Positions 17,709 to 27,002 of a DNA stretch of 64,000 bases are shown here, one piece after another (within the stretch, counting starts at the first letter, position 1; each line of letters begins with the position of its first letter). Source of the DNA: Clostridiales bacterium (GTDB lineage Bacteria > Bacillota > Clostridia > Christensenellales > CAG-138). Both the position numbers and the translations under genes were made by a program. The stretch spans positions 3,601 through 67,600 of the forward strand of contig SFNQ01000020.1 of the NCBI GenBank assembly GCA_004554165.1. Direction: 5' to 3'. The notes under the pieces were generated by a model. The model was not told the DNA's origin. It did not search any database and worked only from the letters and a program-made list of their open reading frames with translations.

Positions 17709-19334
17709 TCAATTTCCGCCAAACAGCGCCAGTATAAATTCCTGGAGACGCCTGAGAATTGCCGTGAAAACCGCGGCCTCCTCCCTATCCTGCGGGGCGT
17801 CCGCCTCCGGGGTGCTCTCCGCTGCCGGGGGCTGCGTTTCGGCCGGCGCTTCCACCTTTGGGACATAGATGCTGTCCGTTGTGACGATGAATTTCACGGA
17901 GCCGACCGAAACCGTCTCCGTCGGAGCGGAATAGGCGGTATAGCTTTCAGAAAGCTCCAGCATGGCGTCCTTCCGGTCCACGGAAACCGCCATACCCTCC
18001 GTCTGCTCGTCCAGCTCCTTCAGTCCTTCGTCGCAAAACTGGCGGATGCCCTTGTACAGGCTCCACAGTCCTTTGCGCAGGCTCACCGCCGCGTCAAGAA
18101 TCGAACCGCCGTTCTGCGCAAGGCTTGCAAGACCGCCCGCAAGGCCGGAAACGCCCTGCGTCAAGGCGGAAAGGTCCGGCGCCTGTATACCCGAAAGGAT
18201 GCTGCCCGCATCGGAAAGCGCGCCGCCGGCGTCGGAAAGCGCGGAGAGCGCGCTGTACACCGCGTTCTTTTGCGCGTCGGTCATGTCGGTCAGGTCCATG
18301 CCGGAAAGTGCGCCCGCTGCGGACTGCACCTTCCCCGACGCAGCGCCAATCTTGCCGCCAACGCCGGAAAGCGCGCCGTTCAGCGCCGAGGTGTCCACCG
18401 CGCCAAGGCCCGCATTCAGCTGATTTGCCGCGTCCTTCAGCGAATCAAGCCCCGAAAGGAACGACTCGAGGCCGCCGGTAAACTGCTTCATGCCGCTGTG
18501 GAGCCGCTTTGCGCCGCGCTGGAGTTCGTCGCCCGCATCGTTGAGCTCGTCCACGCCGTCCACAAAGTCCCGCACGTCGTCCATGCTCTTGAGGTCGTCC
18601 GAATCCAGCAGATCCGGCACCATGACCGCCATGATCGATTCCAGCGAAAAGGACTTCACATCCGCCTCAAAGCTGAAGCTCTCCGCGAGGGAATCCGTCG
18701 CGTCCGCATCCAGATTGTGCGCAAGGCCCGGGAAGGTGGTGCCGATCACGGTGGCGCTGCCCGCCTCGGACATGATCTTAGCGTTTTCCACGGCAACGCG
18801 CCTGAATCCGTCGCCCAGCTCGATGATGGTGATGACCGTGAAGGGCGTGAACAGCTCCACCGGCTCGCCCTTGATCTCCACCGTGCTTTTGCACCTGTTC
18901 TCATAAGAAACCGTAACGCGCACGCGGCCGCTCCTGCCCGCGATCTCCTCCGGGGACATCTCCGTGCCGTCCAGCGCATAGCGCACGTTCATGGAGACGG
19001 GCAGCGCCGAAGAAGCCTTGCCCTGATAGCACACGTCCTCCCCTTCGGCCGGAAAAACCCATGCACCATCCTGCTGCCACGGCGAATCATTGGAAAGGAT
19101 GTTTTTGACCTCCGTCAGACTGCTCCCGTCGGCCAGCGTCTCCCGCTGATCGGGGTTGACCAGATAGACGCTGGACAGCACGGACTCCACCGTACCCGCA
19201 GCATCCGCCGTAACATAGACCGTTTCCGTCCGCTCCACGTCCGCATCCGCCGCACGCGAAACACGCGCCGCCGGAAAAAGCAGAAGCGCGGAAACCGCCA
19301 GACAGGCGGAACGCCGCAACATGCCGCCGCGCAT
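17709..19334 (-). CDS. Secreted protein with YhgE/Pip-like Leu/Gly heptad-type repeats (partner of the MacB-type exporter)
   Basis: Start trimmed to MRGGMLRRSACLAVSALLLFPAARVSRA (signal peptide). The central region is rich in degenerate repeats (LSGLDSLKDAANQLNAGLGA, LSALSDAGGALSDAGSILSG). Function uncertain. Confidence 0.6.
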   Translation of the reverse strand: MRGGMLRRSACLAVSALLLFPAARVSRAADADVERTETVYVTADAAGTVESVLSSVYLVNPDQRETLADGSSLTEVKNILSNDSPWQQDGAWVFPAEGEDVCYQGKASSALPVSMNVRYALDGTEMSPEEIAGRSGRVRVTVSYENRCKSTVEIKGEPVELFTPFTVITIIELGDGFRRVAVENAKIMSEAGSATVIGTTFPGLAHNLDADATDSLAESFSFEADVKSFSLESIMAVMVPDLLDSDDLKSMDDVRDFVDGVDELNDAGDELQRGAKRLHSGMKQFTGGLESFLSGLDSLKDAANQLNAGLGAVDTSALNGALSGVGGKIGAASGKVQSAAGALSGMDLTDMTDAQKNAVYSALSALSDAGGALSDAGSILSGIQAPDLSALTQGVSGLAGGLASLAQNGGSILDAAVSLRKGLWSLYKGIRQFCDEGLKELDEQTEGMAVSVDRKDAMLELSESYTAYSAPTETVSVGSVKFIVTTDSIYVPKVEAPAETQPPAAESTPEADAPQDREEAAVFTAILRRLQEFILALFGGN

Positions 19335-19423
19335 TACAGTATCCCCATAAGCAGGGATACGGCGCCGCTGAGCAGAAACAGCGCCGCAAGGACCAGGCAA
19401 AAAACTCGGACTCCCTTTTTCAT
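19334..19423 (-). CDS. Candidate 29-aa hydrophobic micro-protein (not in the ORF track)
   Basis: Manual translation gives MKKGVRVFCLVLAALFLLSGAVSLLMGIL*. Its TAA overlaps the ATG of the downstream gene (TAATG). The SD is only marginal (AAAGGAA 14 nt upstream). Confidence 0.3.
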   Translation of the reverse strand: MKKGVRVFCLVLAALFLLSGAVSLLMGIL

Positions 19424-19461
19424 TCTCCAACACATTCCTTTCCGAATTCAAATACTGCAAA

Positions 19462-21993
19462 TCATTCCGCGCTCTTGAGCGACTCGACCATGTCCACGCT
19501 GCGCACCTTTTTGCGCATGAGGAGGTTGACCATCAGAGCGAACACAATGGAGAGCGCAGCGCTGTATCCATAGCTCAGCGGCTTGACATTGCGCACGAAC
19601 ATCACCATATCCACCTCGCAGGTCACGATGACAAACTGGTGCAGGTACCTGCCCAGCACCAGCCCCACCGCTGTTCCGATGAAGGCAAGGGCGTTGTTTT
19701 CCCGGAACACATAGTCGTACATCTCGCGATCCGTAAAGCCCAGCACGCGCAGCGTCGCAAGCTCCCGGCGCCGCTCGGTAATGTTGATATTGGTCAGGTT
19801 CAACATGACCACGAAGGCCAGCGCGCCCGCCGAAAGAATCAACACGCCCACCACATAGTTGAGTACGTTCAGGCTGTCCCAGATGTTCTCAAAAATATCC
19901 GTTGTAAACAGCGCGGTATACACGCGGTTGTCGGAGAGGAAGCGCGTGGCCCACGCATCCTCAAGCGCCGCCTTTTCCGCATCGTCCGCCTCCGTAAAGC
20001 CCTCGATGTTCGTGAAAATGCAGTTGTATTCCGCTGCGCTTCCCGTAACCGCTTCATAACAGGCGGGCGTAAAATAGATAAAGTGGTAAACATAGTTCTC
20101 TGCAACCGCGGAAACCCGCGCCTCGTAGGACTTTTCACCGCTCTCGATGGTCACGGTATCGCCCTCGCGCAGGTCATAGAGCGTTGCGAGCTTTTTTGTG
20201 ATGACCACGCCGCTGTCGTCCAGCACGATGGGCTTGCCGCCATCGTCGGTCAGGTGGACCGTTTCCATCAAAATCTCCGGTTCATGCGCCACAAACAGAT
20301 GAGCCTCAGTTTTGACGTCGCCCTTTGCGCCAGCGGTGGCCGTTTTGTCATAGCAGTAGGCCGTGTTGTACAGAGCGTCGCCGCCCACGGACTCCGCCAG
20401 CGCCCGGAGCTTTTCCAGCGCCATGGCGTCGTAGGTATAGGCCTGCAGATCCATCGTCCAGATTTTGCCAAACTGTTCGTCTGCAATGCCATAGATGGAA
20501 TCCGACAATCCAAAGCCCGTAACCAGCAGACCGCAGCTTCCGGCAATGCCGACGACGCTCATGAAGAAGCGTTTTTTGTACCGCAGCAGGTTTCGCACCG
20601 TCACCTTGGAGGTAAAGCCAAGCCGCTTCCAAAGAAAGCCGATGTATTCGAGGAACACGCGCTTGCCCGCCTTTGGCGCCTTGGGCCGCATGAGCGAGGC
20701 CGGCACCTCCCGCAGAGCGGAAAAGCTGACGAATGCGGCCGCCAGCGTAACGCAGCCCACCACCGCGCCGATGGAACCGGCCGCAATTTCCGTCCAGTAC
20801 GGAGTCTGGAAATCCGGCAGGCGGTACATGATGGCATAGGCGTTGCCAATGACCGTCGGGAAGAGCCAAAAACCGATGAGGCTTCCCAGGATGCTCCCGG
20901 AAAGGCTGGCGAGGATTGCATACATGAGGTACTGCATCACGATATGCGGCTGCGAATACCCCAGCGCCTTGAGCGTTCCCATCTGAATCCGCTGCTCCTC
21001 CACCATGCGCGTCATGGTGGTCAGCGCCACCAGCAGCGCCACCAGCAGGAAAATCAGCGGAAAAAACTGGCCCACCGCCGCGATGCGCTCGGTGTTCTCG
21101 GAATAGTCCAGATACCCCGGATTGTCGGAGCGGGTGCGGACATACCAGGTGGCGTCCGTGGTATCCCCATAGGCCTCGATTTGGCGCACAACGCCATCGA
21201 TCAGCGTCTCATACTCGTCGGAAAAGCAGTTCAGCGCCGCCGCCCCCTCCACGACGATCTCCACCTCGGAATAGCGCGCGGAAAACATGGCCATCATGGG
21301 CATGCGCGAGCCGAGCCTGCCGATGGCGTTGCCGGAGGCCAGGGCAAAGGCATCGCTGCTGCCGTTGCCGATCGTGCTCGTGCCCCGGTCAAAGTTGGAA
21401 ATATACTTGGGCGACTCCACAAAGCCGGTGATATACAGCTCCGCCGCGCCGCCGCTGGTGCTGAGCGAAACCCGGGAACCGACGGAAAGCCCAGACGTCC
21501 CCATCAGCTCCGCATCCAGCGCGATCTCATGGTCGTCCTCCGGAAGCCTGCCCTCCATCACCTCGGGCAGATTGACATCCGCGCCGTCCGGATCGATGCC
21601 GTAGTCCGGCAAGAGGGAAAGCGAGGCCGGATGCTCTTCCTCCGGCGCGAAGGGCAGGGAAATCAGATGGACGTTGTACTCCTTGTCCCCGCCGTCCGAC
21701 GGCCGCAGCATGGCGTCCACGGTGAGCACGGGCAAAACGGACGCCACGCCGGGGAGCTTTGACAGCGCGTCCACATCGTCCGCATTCAGACCTGCCGTTG
21801 AGATGGCGGTAATATCCGCAAGGCGCGCGTTGTCAAGATAGACGTCCGCGGTGAGCTTCATATCCGGCCCGGCCGCGCGCACACCGGCAAAGAACGCGAC
21901 CCCGATGGCGGAAATCGTAAAAATGGAAAGAAAACGCATGAGCGTATGCGCAATTTCCCGAGACAGATTTCGCCAGAGGTACTTCGTTTTCAT
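19462..21993 (-). CDS. MacB/FtsX-type ABC transporter permease (two FtsX modules, 843 aa)
   Basis: Opens with MKTKYLWRNLSREIAHTLMRFLSIFTISAIGVAFF, as FtsX-family permeases do. Large extracytoplasmic domains alternate with two 4-TM bundles. Confidence 0.85.
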   Translation of the reverse strand: MKTKYLWRNLSREIAHTLMRFLSIFTISAIGVAFFAGVRAAGPDMKLTADVYLDNARLADITAISTAGLNADDVDALSKLPGVASVLPVLTVDAMLRPSDGGDKEYNVHLISLPFAPEEEHPASLSLLPDYGIDPDGADVNLPEVMEGRLPEDDHEIALDAELMGTSGLSVGSRVSLSTSGGAAELYITGFVESPKYISNFDRGTSTIGNGSSDAFALASGNAIGRLGSRMPMMAMFSARYSEVEIVVEGAAALNCFSDEYETLIDGVVRQIEAYGDTTDATWYVRTRSDNPGYLDYSENTERIAAVGQFFPLIFLLVALLVALTTMTRMVEEQRIQMGTLKALGYSQPHIVMQYLMYAILASLSGSILGSLIGFWLFPTVIGNAYAIMYRLPDFQTPYWTEIAAGSIGAVVGCVTLAAAFVSFSALREVPASLMRPKAPKAGKRVFLEYIGFLWKRLGFTSKVTVRNLLRYKKRFFMSVVGIAGSCGLLVTGFGLSDSIYGIADEQFGKIWTMDLQAYTYDAMALEKLRALAESVGGDALYNTAYCYDKTATAGAKGDVKTEAHLFVAHEPEILMETVHLTDDGGKPIVLDDSGVVITKKLATLYDLREGDTVTIESGEKSYEARVSAVAENYVYHFIYFTPACYEAVTGSAAEYNCIFTNIEGFTEADDAEKAALEDAWATRFLSDNRVYTALFTTDIFENIWDSLNVLNYVVGVLILSAGALAFVVMLNLTNINITERRRELATLRVLGFTDREMYDYVFRENNALAFIGTAVGLVLGRYLHQFVIVTCEVDMVMFVRNVKPLSYGYSAALSIVFALMVNLLMRKKVRSVDMVESLKSAE

Positions 21994-22021
21994 GGCTGCA
22001 CAGACCGTTCCTTCTATCGTC

Positions 22022-22723
22022 TTACCATTCGATTTCGTCGATGGAAACCGGGCGCTCGTTGAGGTAATGGCTGGCGATGGTTCCGTTTTTTACCTGAACA
22101 ACGCGGTCTGCCATGGGCTTGAGCGCAGCGTTGTGCGTGATGATGATGACGGTCATGCCCTGCGAGCGGCAGGTGTCCTGCAACAGCTTCAGCACCTGCT
22201 TGCCCGTCTGATAATCCAGCGCGCCCGTAGGTTCGTCGCAAAGCATGAGCTTTGGGTTCTTGGCCAGCGCCCGCGCGATGGATACGCGCTGCTGCTCGCC
22301 GCCGGAAAGCTGCGCGGGAAAATTCTGCTTTCGGTCTGACAGTCCCACAAGCTCCAGCACGCGGTCCACATCCAGCGGATGATCGCAAATCTGCACCGCC
22401 AGCTCCACGTTCTCCCGCGCGGTCAGGTTCTGCACGAGGTTGTAAAACTGGAACACGAAGCCCACCGTACTGCGCCGGTAGAGCGTCAGCTGCCGGCTGG
22501 AACAGGCCTCCACATGCATGCCGTCCACAATAATCTCGCCGCTGGTTGCGCTGTCCATCCCGCCGAGGATGTTCAAAAGCGTCGTCTTTCCGGCGCCCGA
22601 CGGCCCCACCACAACGCAGAGCTCACCCTTTTCGATGGTAAAATCCACGCCCGAGAGCGCATCAATCGTAACCTCGCCCATGCGGTACTGCTTTTTGACG
22701 TTTTTTAGCTCGATATATGCCAT
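22022..22723 (-). CDS. ABC transporter ATP-binding protein (MacB/LolD-like)
   Basis: Walker [10 protein letters not shown], signature LSGGEQQR, Walker B LMLCDEPT. Confidence 0.9.
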   Translation of the reverse strand: MAYIELKNVKKQYRMGEVTIDALSGVDFTIEKGELCVVVGPSGAGKTTLLNILGGMDSATSGEIIVDGMHVEACSSRQLTLYRRSTVGFVFQFYNLVQNLTARENVELAVQICDHPLDVDRVLELVGLSDRKQNFPAQLSGGEQQRVSIARALAKNPKLMLCDEPTGALDYQTGKQVLKLLQDTCRSQGMTVIIITHNAALKPMADRVVQVKNGTIASHYLNERPVSIDEIEW

Positions 22724-22906
22724 TGGGTTTCCCTCTCCCGTTCCCCAGGGGACTGGAACTACATATCATACAATATACCGTTTGACGGAACAAATGGCAA
22801 GCGGATTGGGATTGGTTTGAATGCATTTCACATTTGTTGCATAATTCGGCGGGGCTTTTCCCGGGCCGGGTTTGCAGCGATCTGCGGCGCGCGGTTTTTA
22901 CCGCGG

Positions 22907-22935
22907 TTGACCTGCGCGGGATTTTCTGCTAAAAT
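22907..22935 (+). promoter_or_regulatory. sigma-A-type promoter for the CNNM/CorC gene (-35 TTGACC, 17-nt spacer, -10 TAAAAT)
   Basis: TTGACC at 22907-22912 and TAAAAT at 22930-22935, which predicts a ~175-nt 5' UTR. Confidence 0.55.
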
Positions 22936-23115
22936 CTTTCCCAACAGAGTTTGAGAGGGTGATTTTCGCTGGACGTTCCTCCCGCAGGGAGTTGTACTGC
23001 GCTTTTATCCCCCGGCGCCCATCATATGACAGTCCTGGCACGGCAATGAACCGGAGCGGCTTTGCGCCGCCGGTCTTATGCTGTGTTTTTATGTTACGGA
23101 GGTAAACAAGAAACC

Positions 23116-24510
23116 ATGCAAGCCGATCCGCTCCTGTGGCAATTCGTTCTGCAAATCGTACTGATTCTGTGCAACGCCGTCTTCGCCTGCGCCGAAATCG
23201 CCGTGCTTTCCGTTAACGATGCGCGGCTCTCTGTGCTCGCGACCGGCGGCGACCGCCGCGCGCTACGCCTTTGCAGAATGACGAGCCAGCCTGCCCGCTT
23301 TCTGGCAACCATACAGGTTGCCATTACGCTGTCCGGCTTTCTCGGCAGCGCGTTCGCTGCGGACAATTTCTCCGAACGTCTGGTCGCCTTTCTCATCGGC
23401 GCAGGCCTGCGCATACCCGAAAAGACGCTGGACACCATCTGCGTCGTTCTCATCACCATGATCCTCTCCTACTTCACGCTGGTGTTCGGCGAGCTCGTGC
23501 CCAAGCGGCTCGCGATGAAAAACGCCGAGAAGCTGGCGCTGGCCCTGTCCGGACTGATTGCCTTCATCTCGACGCTTTTTAAACCCATCGTTTCGCTGCT
23601 CACCGCTTCCACCAACGGCATCCTGCGCCTGCTTCGCATCGATCCAAACCAGGAGGACGACGCCGTGACGGAGGAAGAAATCCGGATGCTCATCGACGTG
23701 GGCTCGCAGAAGGGCGCCATTGACGTCGAGGAAAAGCAGATGCTCCAAAACGTCTTTGAATTTGACGATATCTCGGCAGGAGAGCTGGCCACCCACCGAA
23801 CGATGGTGGATATGCTGCGCCTTGAGGACGATGACGCGGCCTGGAGCAGGCTTATCCATGAGACGCGGCACTCCTACTATCCCGTCTGCCAGGGAAACAC
23901 CGACAACATCATCGGCATACTGGACGCGAAGGACTATTTCCGCCTGTCCGACCGCAGCCGGGAAAACGTGCTGAAAAACGCGGTGTCGGAGCCCTGTTTT
24001 ATCCCGGAATCGGTCAAGGCCGACGCGCTCTTTGCGGACATGAAAAAGCGGCGCAATTATTTCTGCGTGGTGCTCGACGAATACGGCGGCGTCGAAGGCA
24101 TCGTCACCATGACCGACCTCATCGAGGAGATCGTGGGCGACTTTGCCGACGAGGATGCGGACGGCGAATGCATCATGGAGCCTGTTGGCGACGGAATGTG
24201 GCGCATGTCCGGCTCCGTGCCGCTGGACGCCATAACGGACGCGCTGCACATCGAATTCCCGGACGACGGCATTGAAACGCTGGGCGGACTCATATTCAGC
24301 ACGCTGACCGCCGTACCGCAGGACGGCGCGCAGTTTTCCTGCACGGTGGCTGGGTTGTCCGTCGAAGTGCTGCGCATCGAAAACCACAGGATTGAAGAAG
24401 CGCTCGTGCGCATTCTGCCGGCGGACGGGGATGCGGCGCCGGACGGCGACCAGGAAAGCGCTGCAGCTGCCGCGCACGCCGGCGCCTATGCGCGAAACTG
24501 TTGTAATTAA
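23116..24510 (+). CDS. CNNM/CorC-HlyC family protein (DUF21 - CBS pair - CorC_HlyC)
   Basis: Start trimmed to MQADPLLWQF, with GGAGG upstream. DUF21 TM region, CBS region (HRTMVDML...YYPVC), and CorC_HlyC tail (GLIFSTLTAVPQDG). Confidence 0.85.
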   Translation: MQADPLLWQFVLQIVLILCNAVFACAEIAVLSVNDARLSVLATGGDRRALRLCRMTSQPARFLATIQVAITLSGFLGSAFAADNFSERLVAFLIGAGLRIPEKTLDTICVVLITMILSYFTLVFGELVPKRLAMKNAEKLALALSGLIAFISTLFKPIVSLLTASTNGILRLLRIDPNQEDDAVTEEEIRMLIDVGSQKGAIDVEEKQMLQNVFEFDDISAGELATHRTMVDMLRLEDDDAAWSRLIHETRHSYYPVCQGNTDNIIGILDAKDYFRLSDRSRENVLKNAVSEPCFIPESVKADALFADMKKRRNYFCVVLDEYGGVEGIVTMTDLIEEIVGDFADEDADGECIMEPVGDGMWRMSGSVPLDAITDALHIEFPDDGIETLGGLIFSTLTAVPQDGAQFSCTVAGLSVEVLRIENHRIEEALVRILPADGDAAPDGDQESAAAAAHAGAYARNCCN

Positions 24511-24529
24511 CGGAAAGATCACTTATAAT
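24501..24529 (+). promoter_or_regulatory. candidate promoter for the VTC/CotH/GT2 operon (-35 TTGTAA, 17-nt spacer, -10 TATAAT)
   Basis: TTGTAA at 24501-24506 (next to the CNNM stop codon) and TATAAT at 24524-24529, which predicts a ~205-nt leader. Confidence 0.45.
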
Positions 24530-24742
24530 AATGTTGCATCATGTACGGAAGGGAGGATTTCTGCCCCATCAGCGCCGAACGCCGGGCTTCCCATGCGTTT
24601 GACGGATTCCAAGAGAATTTCCCTTTTGTCCGCCGGGACGCGATTTGGGCGGCGAAAATGGTATCCTCCTTATTATGACTGGGACCGGATTGGGCGCGCG
24701 GTTTTGCGCAGCCCTTGACCGGACGGCAGGAGTGAAAAACGG

Positions 24743-25618
24743 ATGAACCACCCTCTTCCACGTAGACCAACCACCCTGTTGCTCTGCGCGCTTTTTTTGT
24801 GCGCTGTCTTTTCGGGCTGCGCAAAACAGGAGGCGGGCCTGCAAGGCGGCGCGCTGTTTTCCTGGAAACAGTCCGCCGTCCTTACAGAAAGCGAAACGCT
24901 GTTCTCCCTTATGCGAGAGGTGGGTTTGGAAACGCTGTACCAGCGCTTTCCCGACAGCCTCCCGGACGAAGAGATCGACCGTTTCATGAAATCGGCGGCC
25001 GACTGCGGCGTTGCGGTATATCTGCTTGCGGGGGAACCGGAATGGGCGCTGGATGTTAGCGGCAAGCCGCTTTGCGACACCGTGGAGCGCGCGGTCGCAA
25101 TCAACGCCGGATTGGACGGCCGCCGTCTGCAGGGGCTGGTGCTGGACGTTGAGCCCTACCTGCTGGACCAGTGGGACGAGACCAGCGCGCCCGTCATCCT
25201 CGATGGTTTTTTGCAGGGCGCACGGTCCGCTTATGCCCGGGCAAGCGCCGCAGGACTGACGCTGATCCTCTGTATCCCCTATTACTACGATACTCTGGAG
25301 CTTACGCCGCAGCTTACAGACCTGATACAGTCCTGCTGCGACGGAGTCGCCGTGATGAACTACTACCGCGGCAAGGAGGCGGAGCACATCGAAACCGAAG
25401 TCAGGCTTGCCGCGCAATACGGGAAGCGCCTGATCCAGATCTACGAGTTGCAGCAGCCCGGCATCCATGGACTTACAGACCAGAACACCTATTATCACCT
25501 GGGGCTGGCCGCTGTGGAGGAAAACTTTCGCGCGCTCGAGCTTGCCTGTCCGGAGCTTCCGCTCACGGCTGCGCTGCATGATTTCGAGGCCCTTAAGGCG
25601 GTGATGGCGCATGAATGA
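24743..25618 (+). CDS. Lipoprotein of unknown function (possible glycoside-hydrolase-like TIM barrel)
   Basis: AGGAG lies 10 nt upstream. Lipobox VFSGC. The segments VYLLAGEPEWAL and GLVLDVEPY resemble GH114/PelA-hydrolase-type barrels, but only loosely. Confidence 0.6.
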   Translation: MNHPLPRRPTTLLLCALFLCAVFSGCAKQEAGLQGGALFSWKQSAVLTESETLFSLMREVGLETLYQRFPDSLPDEEIDRFMKSAADCGVAVYLLAGEPEWALDVSGKPLCDTVERAVAINAGLDGRRLQGLVLDVEPYLLDQWDETSAPVILDGFLQGARSAYARASAAGLTLILCIPYYYDTLELTPQLTDLIQSCCDGVAVMNYYRGKEAEHIETEVRLAAQYGKRLIQIYELQQPGIHGLTDQNTYYHLGLAAVEENFRALELACPELPLTAALHDFEALKAVMAHE

Positions 25619-26306
25619 GGTGTTGCGGCAGGAGAAGAAGTTTCTCGTCACCCTCGAACAGTATTACGCGCTCAGCCACAGCTTTTCCCATGTGCTGCAC
25701 CCGGACGAAAACAGCAACGGCGACGGGTACCTCGTCCGTTCGCTGTATTTTGATTCTCTGGACGACCGGGATTTTACGGAAAAGGAGGATGGGCTTTTCC
25801 TCCGGCGAAAAATCCGGCTCCGCTGCTACGGCCCGGCAAGCGGTTTTGCCATCCTTGAGATGAAGCAAAAGCAGGGCGCGATGCAGAAAAAGCGATCCCT
25901 TCGTCTGGACCGGACCGAAGCCCAGGCCCTCTCGCAGGGCGACTATGCGCCGCTGCTGCGCCACGGCGAGCCCTTTGCCGCGGAATGCTATGCGACAATG
26001 CGGGCGCTGTGCTACCGGCCAAAGGCGGTCATCAGCTACCACCGCAAAGCCTTTGTTGCCAGAGAGAACCGGATTCGCGTGACCTTCGACCATCATCTTT
26101 GCGGCACGGAGAGCAGCGCGGATCTGTTTGCCGACCCCCTGCCGGAGTATCCGCTGCTGGATCCTGCGCTGGCGGTGCTGGAGATCAAGTACAACGGCTT
26201 TTTATTGAGCTATATCAAGGACGCGCTGCGCGCCCTTGATGGAAGCGAGCTGTCGGTCAGCAAATATTGCCTCGGACGCGCCGTCAGCAAACACTATACC
26301 TTTTGA
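25611..26306 (+). CDS. VTC-domain protein (polyphosphate polymerase / triphosphate-tunnel type)
   Basis: Overlaps the upstream stop by 8 nt. EKKFLV...VRSLYFDS...RRKIRLRCY...ILEMKQK...LEIKY is the alternating basic beta-strand pattern of VTC/CYTH tunnel domains. No TM or signal peptide. Confidence 0.7.
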   Translation: MNEVLRQEKKFLVTLEQYYALSHSFSHVLHPDENSNGDGYLVRSLYFDSLDDRDFTEKEDGLFLRRKIRLRCYGPASGFAILEMKQKQGAMQKKRSLRLDRTEAQALSQGDYAPLLRHGEPFAAECYATMRALCYRPKAVISYHRKAFVARENRIRVTFDHHLCGTESSADLFADPLPEYPLLDPALAVLEIKYNGFLLSYIKDALRALDGSELSVSKYCLGRAVSKHYTF

Positions 26307-26324
26307 AAGCGAGGTGGCGATGCC

Positions 26325-27002
26325 ATGCGGGATTACCTGCTAACCGTTCTCGAACAGGGCGGCAACCTGAGCGCCGAGGAGATCGTACTCCATATTCTTT
26401 CCTCTGCGGCTATCAGTATTGCGATCTATATCTCCTACTGGTTTACGCATGCCGGCACGGCCTACAGCCGGAAATTCAACGTCTCTCTCATAACGCTCAC
26501 CGTTCTGACCGGCACGGTCATGACCGTGATCGGCAACAATGTGGCGTTGTCGCTGGGCATGGTCGGCGCGCTGTCCATCGTGCGGTTTCGCACGGCCATC
26601 AAGGATTCCCGGGACACGGCCTATATTTTCTGGGCGATCGTCGTGGGCATCTGCTGCGGCGTAGGGGATTACCTCGTTGCCGGTGTCGGCTCCGCAGTGG
26701 TATTTCTGTTGCTTTTGCTGTTTGGCCGCGTGCGCAACGAAAACCGGATTCTTCTTATTGTCCGCGCCGCCCGGAGCCGTGAGCTGGATGTGGAAGGCCT
26801 GATATTCCGCTATTTCAGCCACAAAGCGCTGCTCAAGGTAAAGAATACCACGGCGGACAGCGTGGAATTCATCTACGAAATGACACGCGGCGCCTACCGT
26901 CTCTCCGACAAGAAGGAGCAGAGCATTACGCAGGCGCTCTATGGACTGGGCGACATCGAATACGTCAACGTCGTCACGCAGAGCGACGAAATCAACGGAT
27001 AA
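26325..27002 (+). CDS. DUF4956-like multi-pass membrane protein
   Basis: GAGGTGG lies 7 nt upstream. About four TM helices, including MVGALSIVRFRTAIKDSRDTAYIFWAIVVGICCG, then a soluble C-terminal domain. Confidence 0.65.
   Translation: MRDYLLTVLEQGGNLSAEEIVLHILSSAAISIAIYISYWFTHAGTAYSRKFNVSLITLTVLTGTVMTVIGNNVALSLGMVGALSIVRFRTAIKDSRDTAYIFWAIVVGICCGVGDYLVAGVGSAVVFLLLLLFGRVRNENRILLIVRAARSRELDVEGLIFRYFSHKALLKVKNTTADSVEFIYEMTRGAYRLSDKKEQSITQALYGLGDIEYVNVVTQSDEING

Noticed and set aside
22942-23115. An M-box or yybP-ykoY riboswitch in the CNNM leader
   Set aside because: A single short similarity (GGUGAUUUU) is present, but the other conserved blocks (GUUAGGUGAGGCUCC, GGGGAGUAG and others) are not.
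24536-24742. A c-di-GMP or c-di-AMP riboswitch in the EPS-operon leader
   Set aside because: Only GGGACGC is reminiscent of GEMM-I. The GCAAA/AAAGCC blocks and the ydaO pseudo-symmetry are not present. I kept it only as an unclassified long leader.
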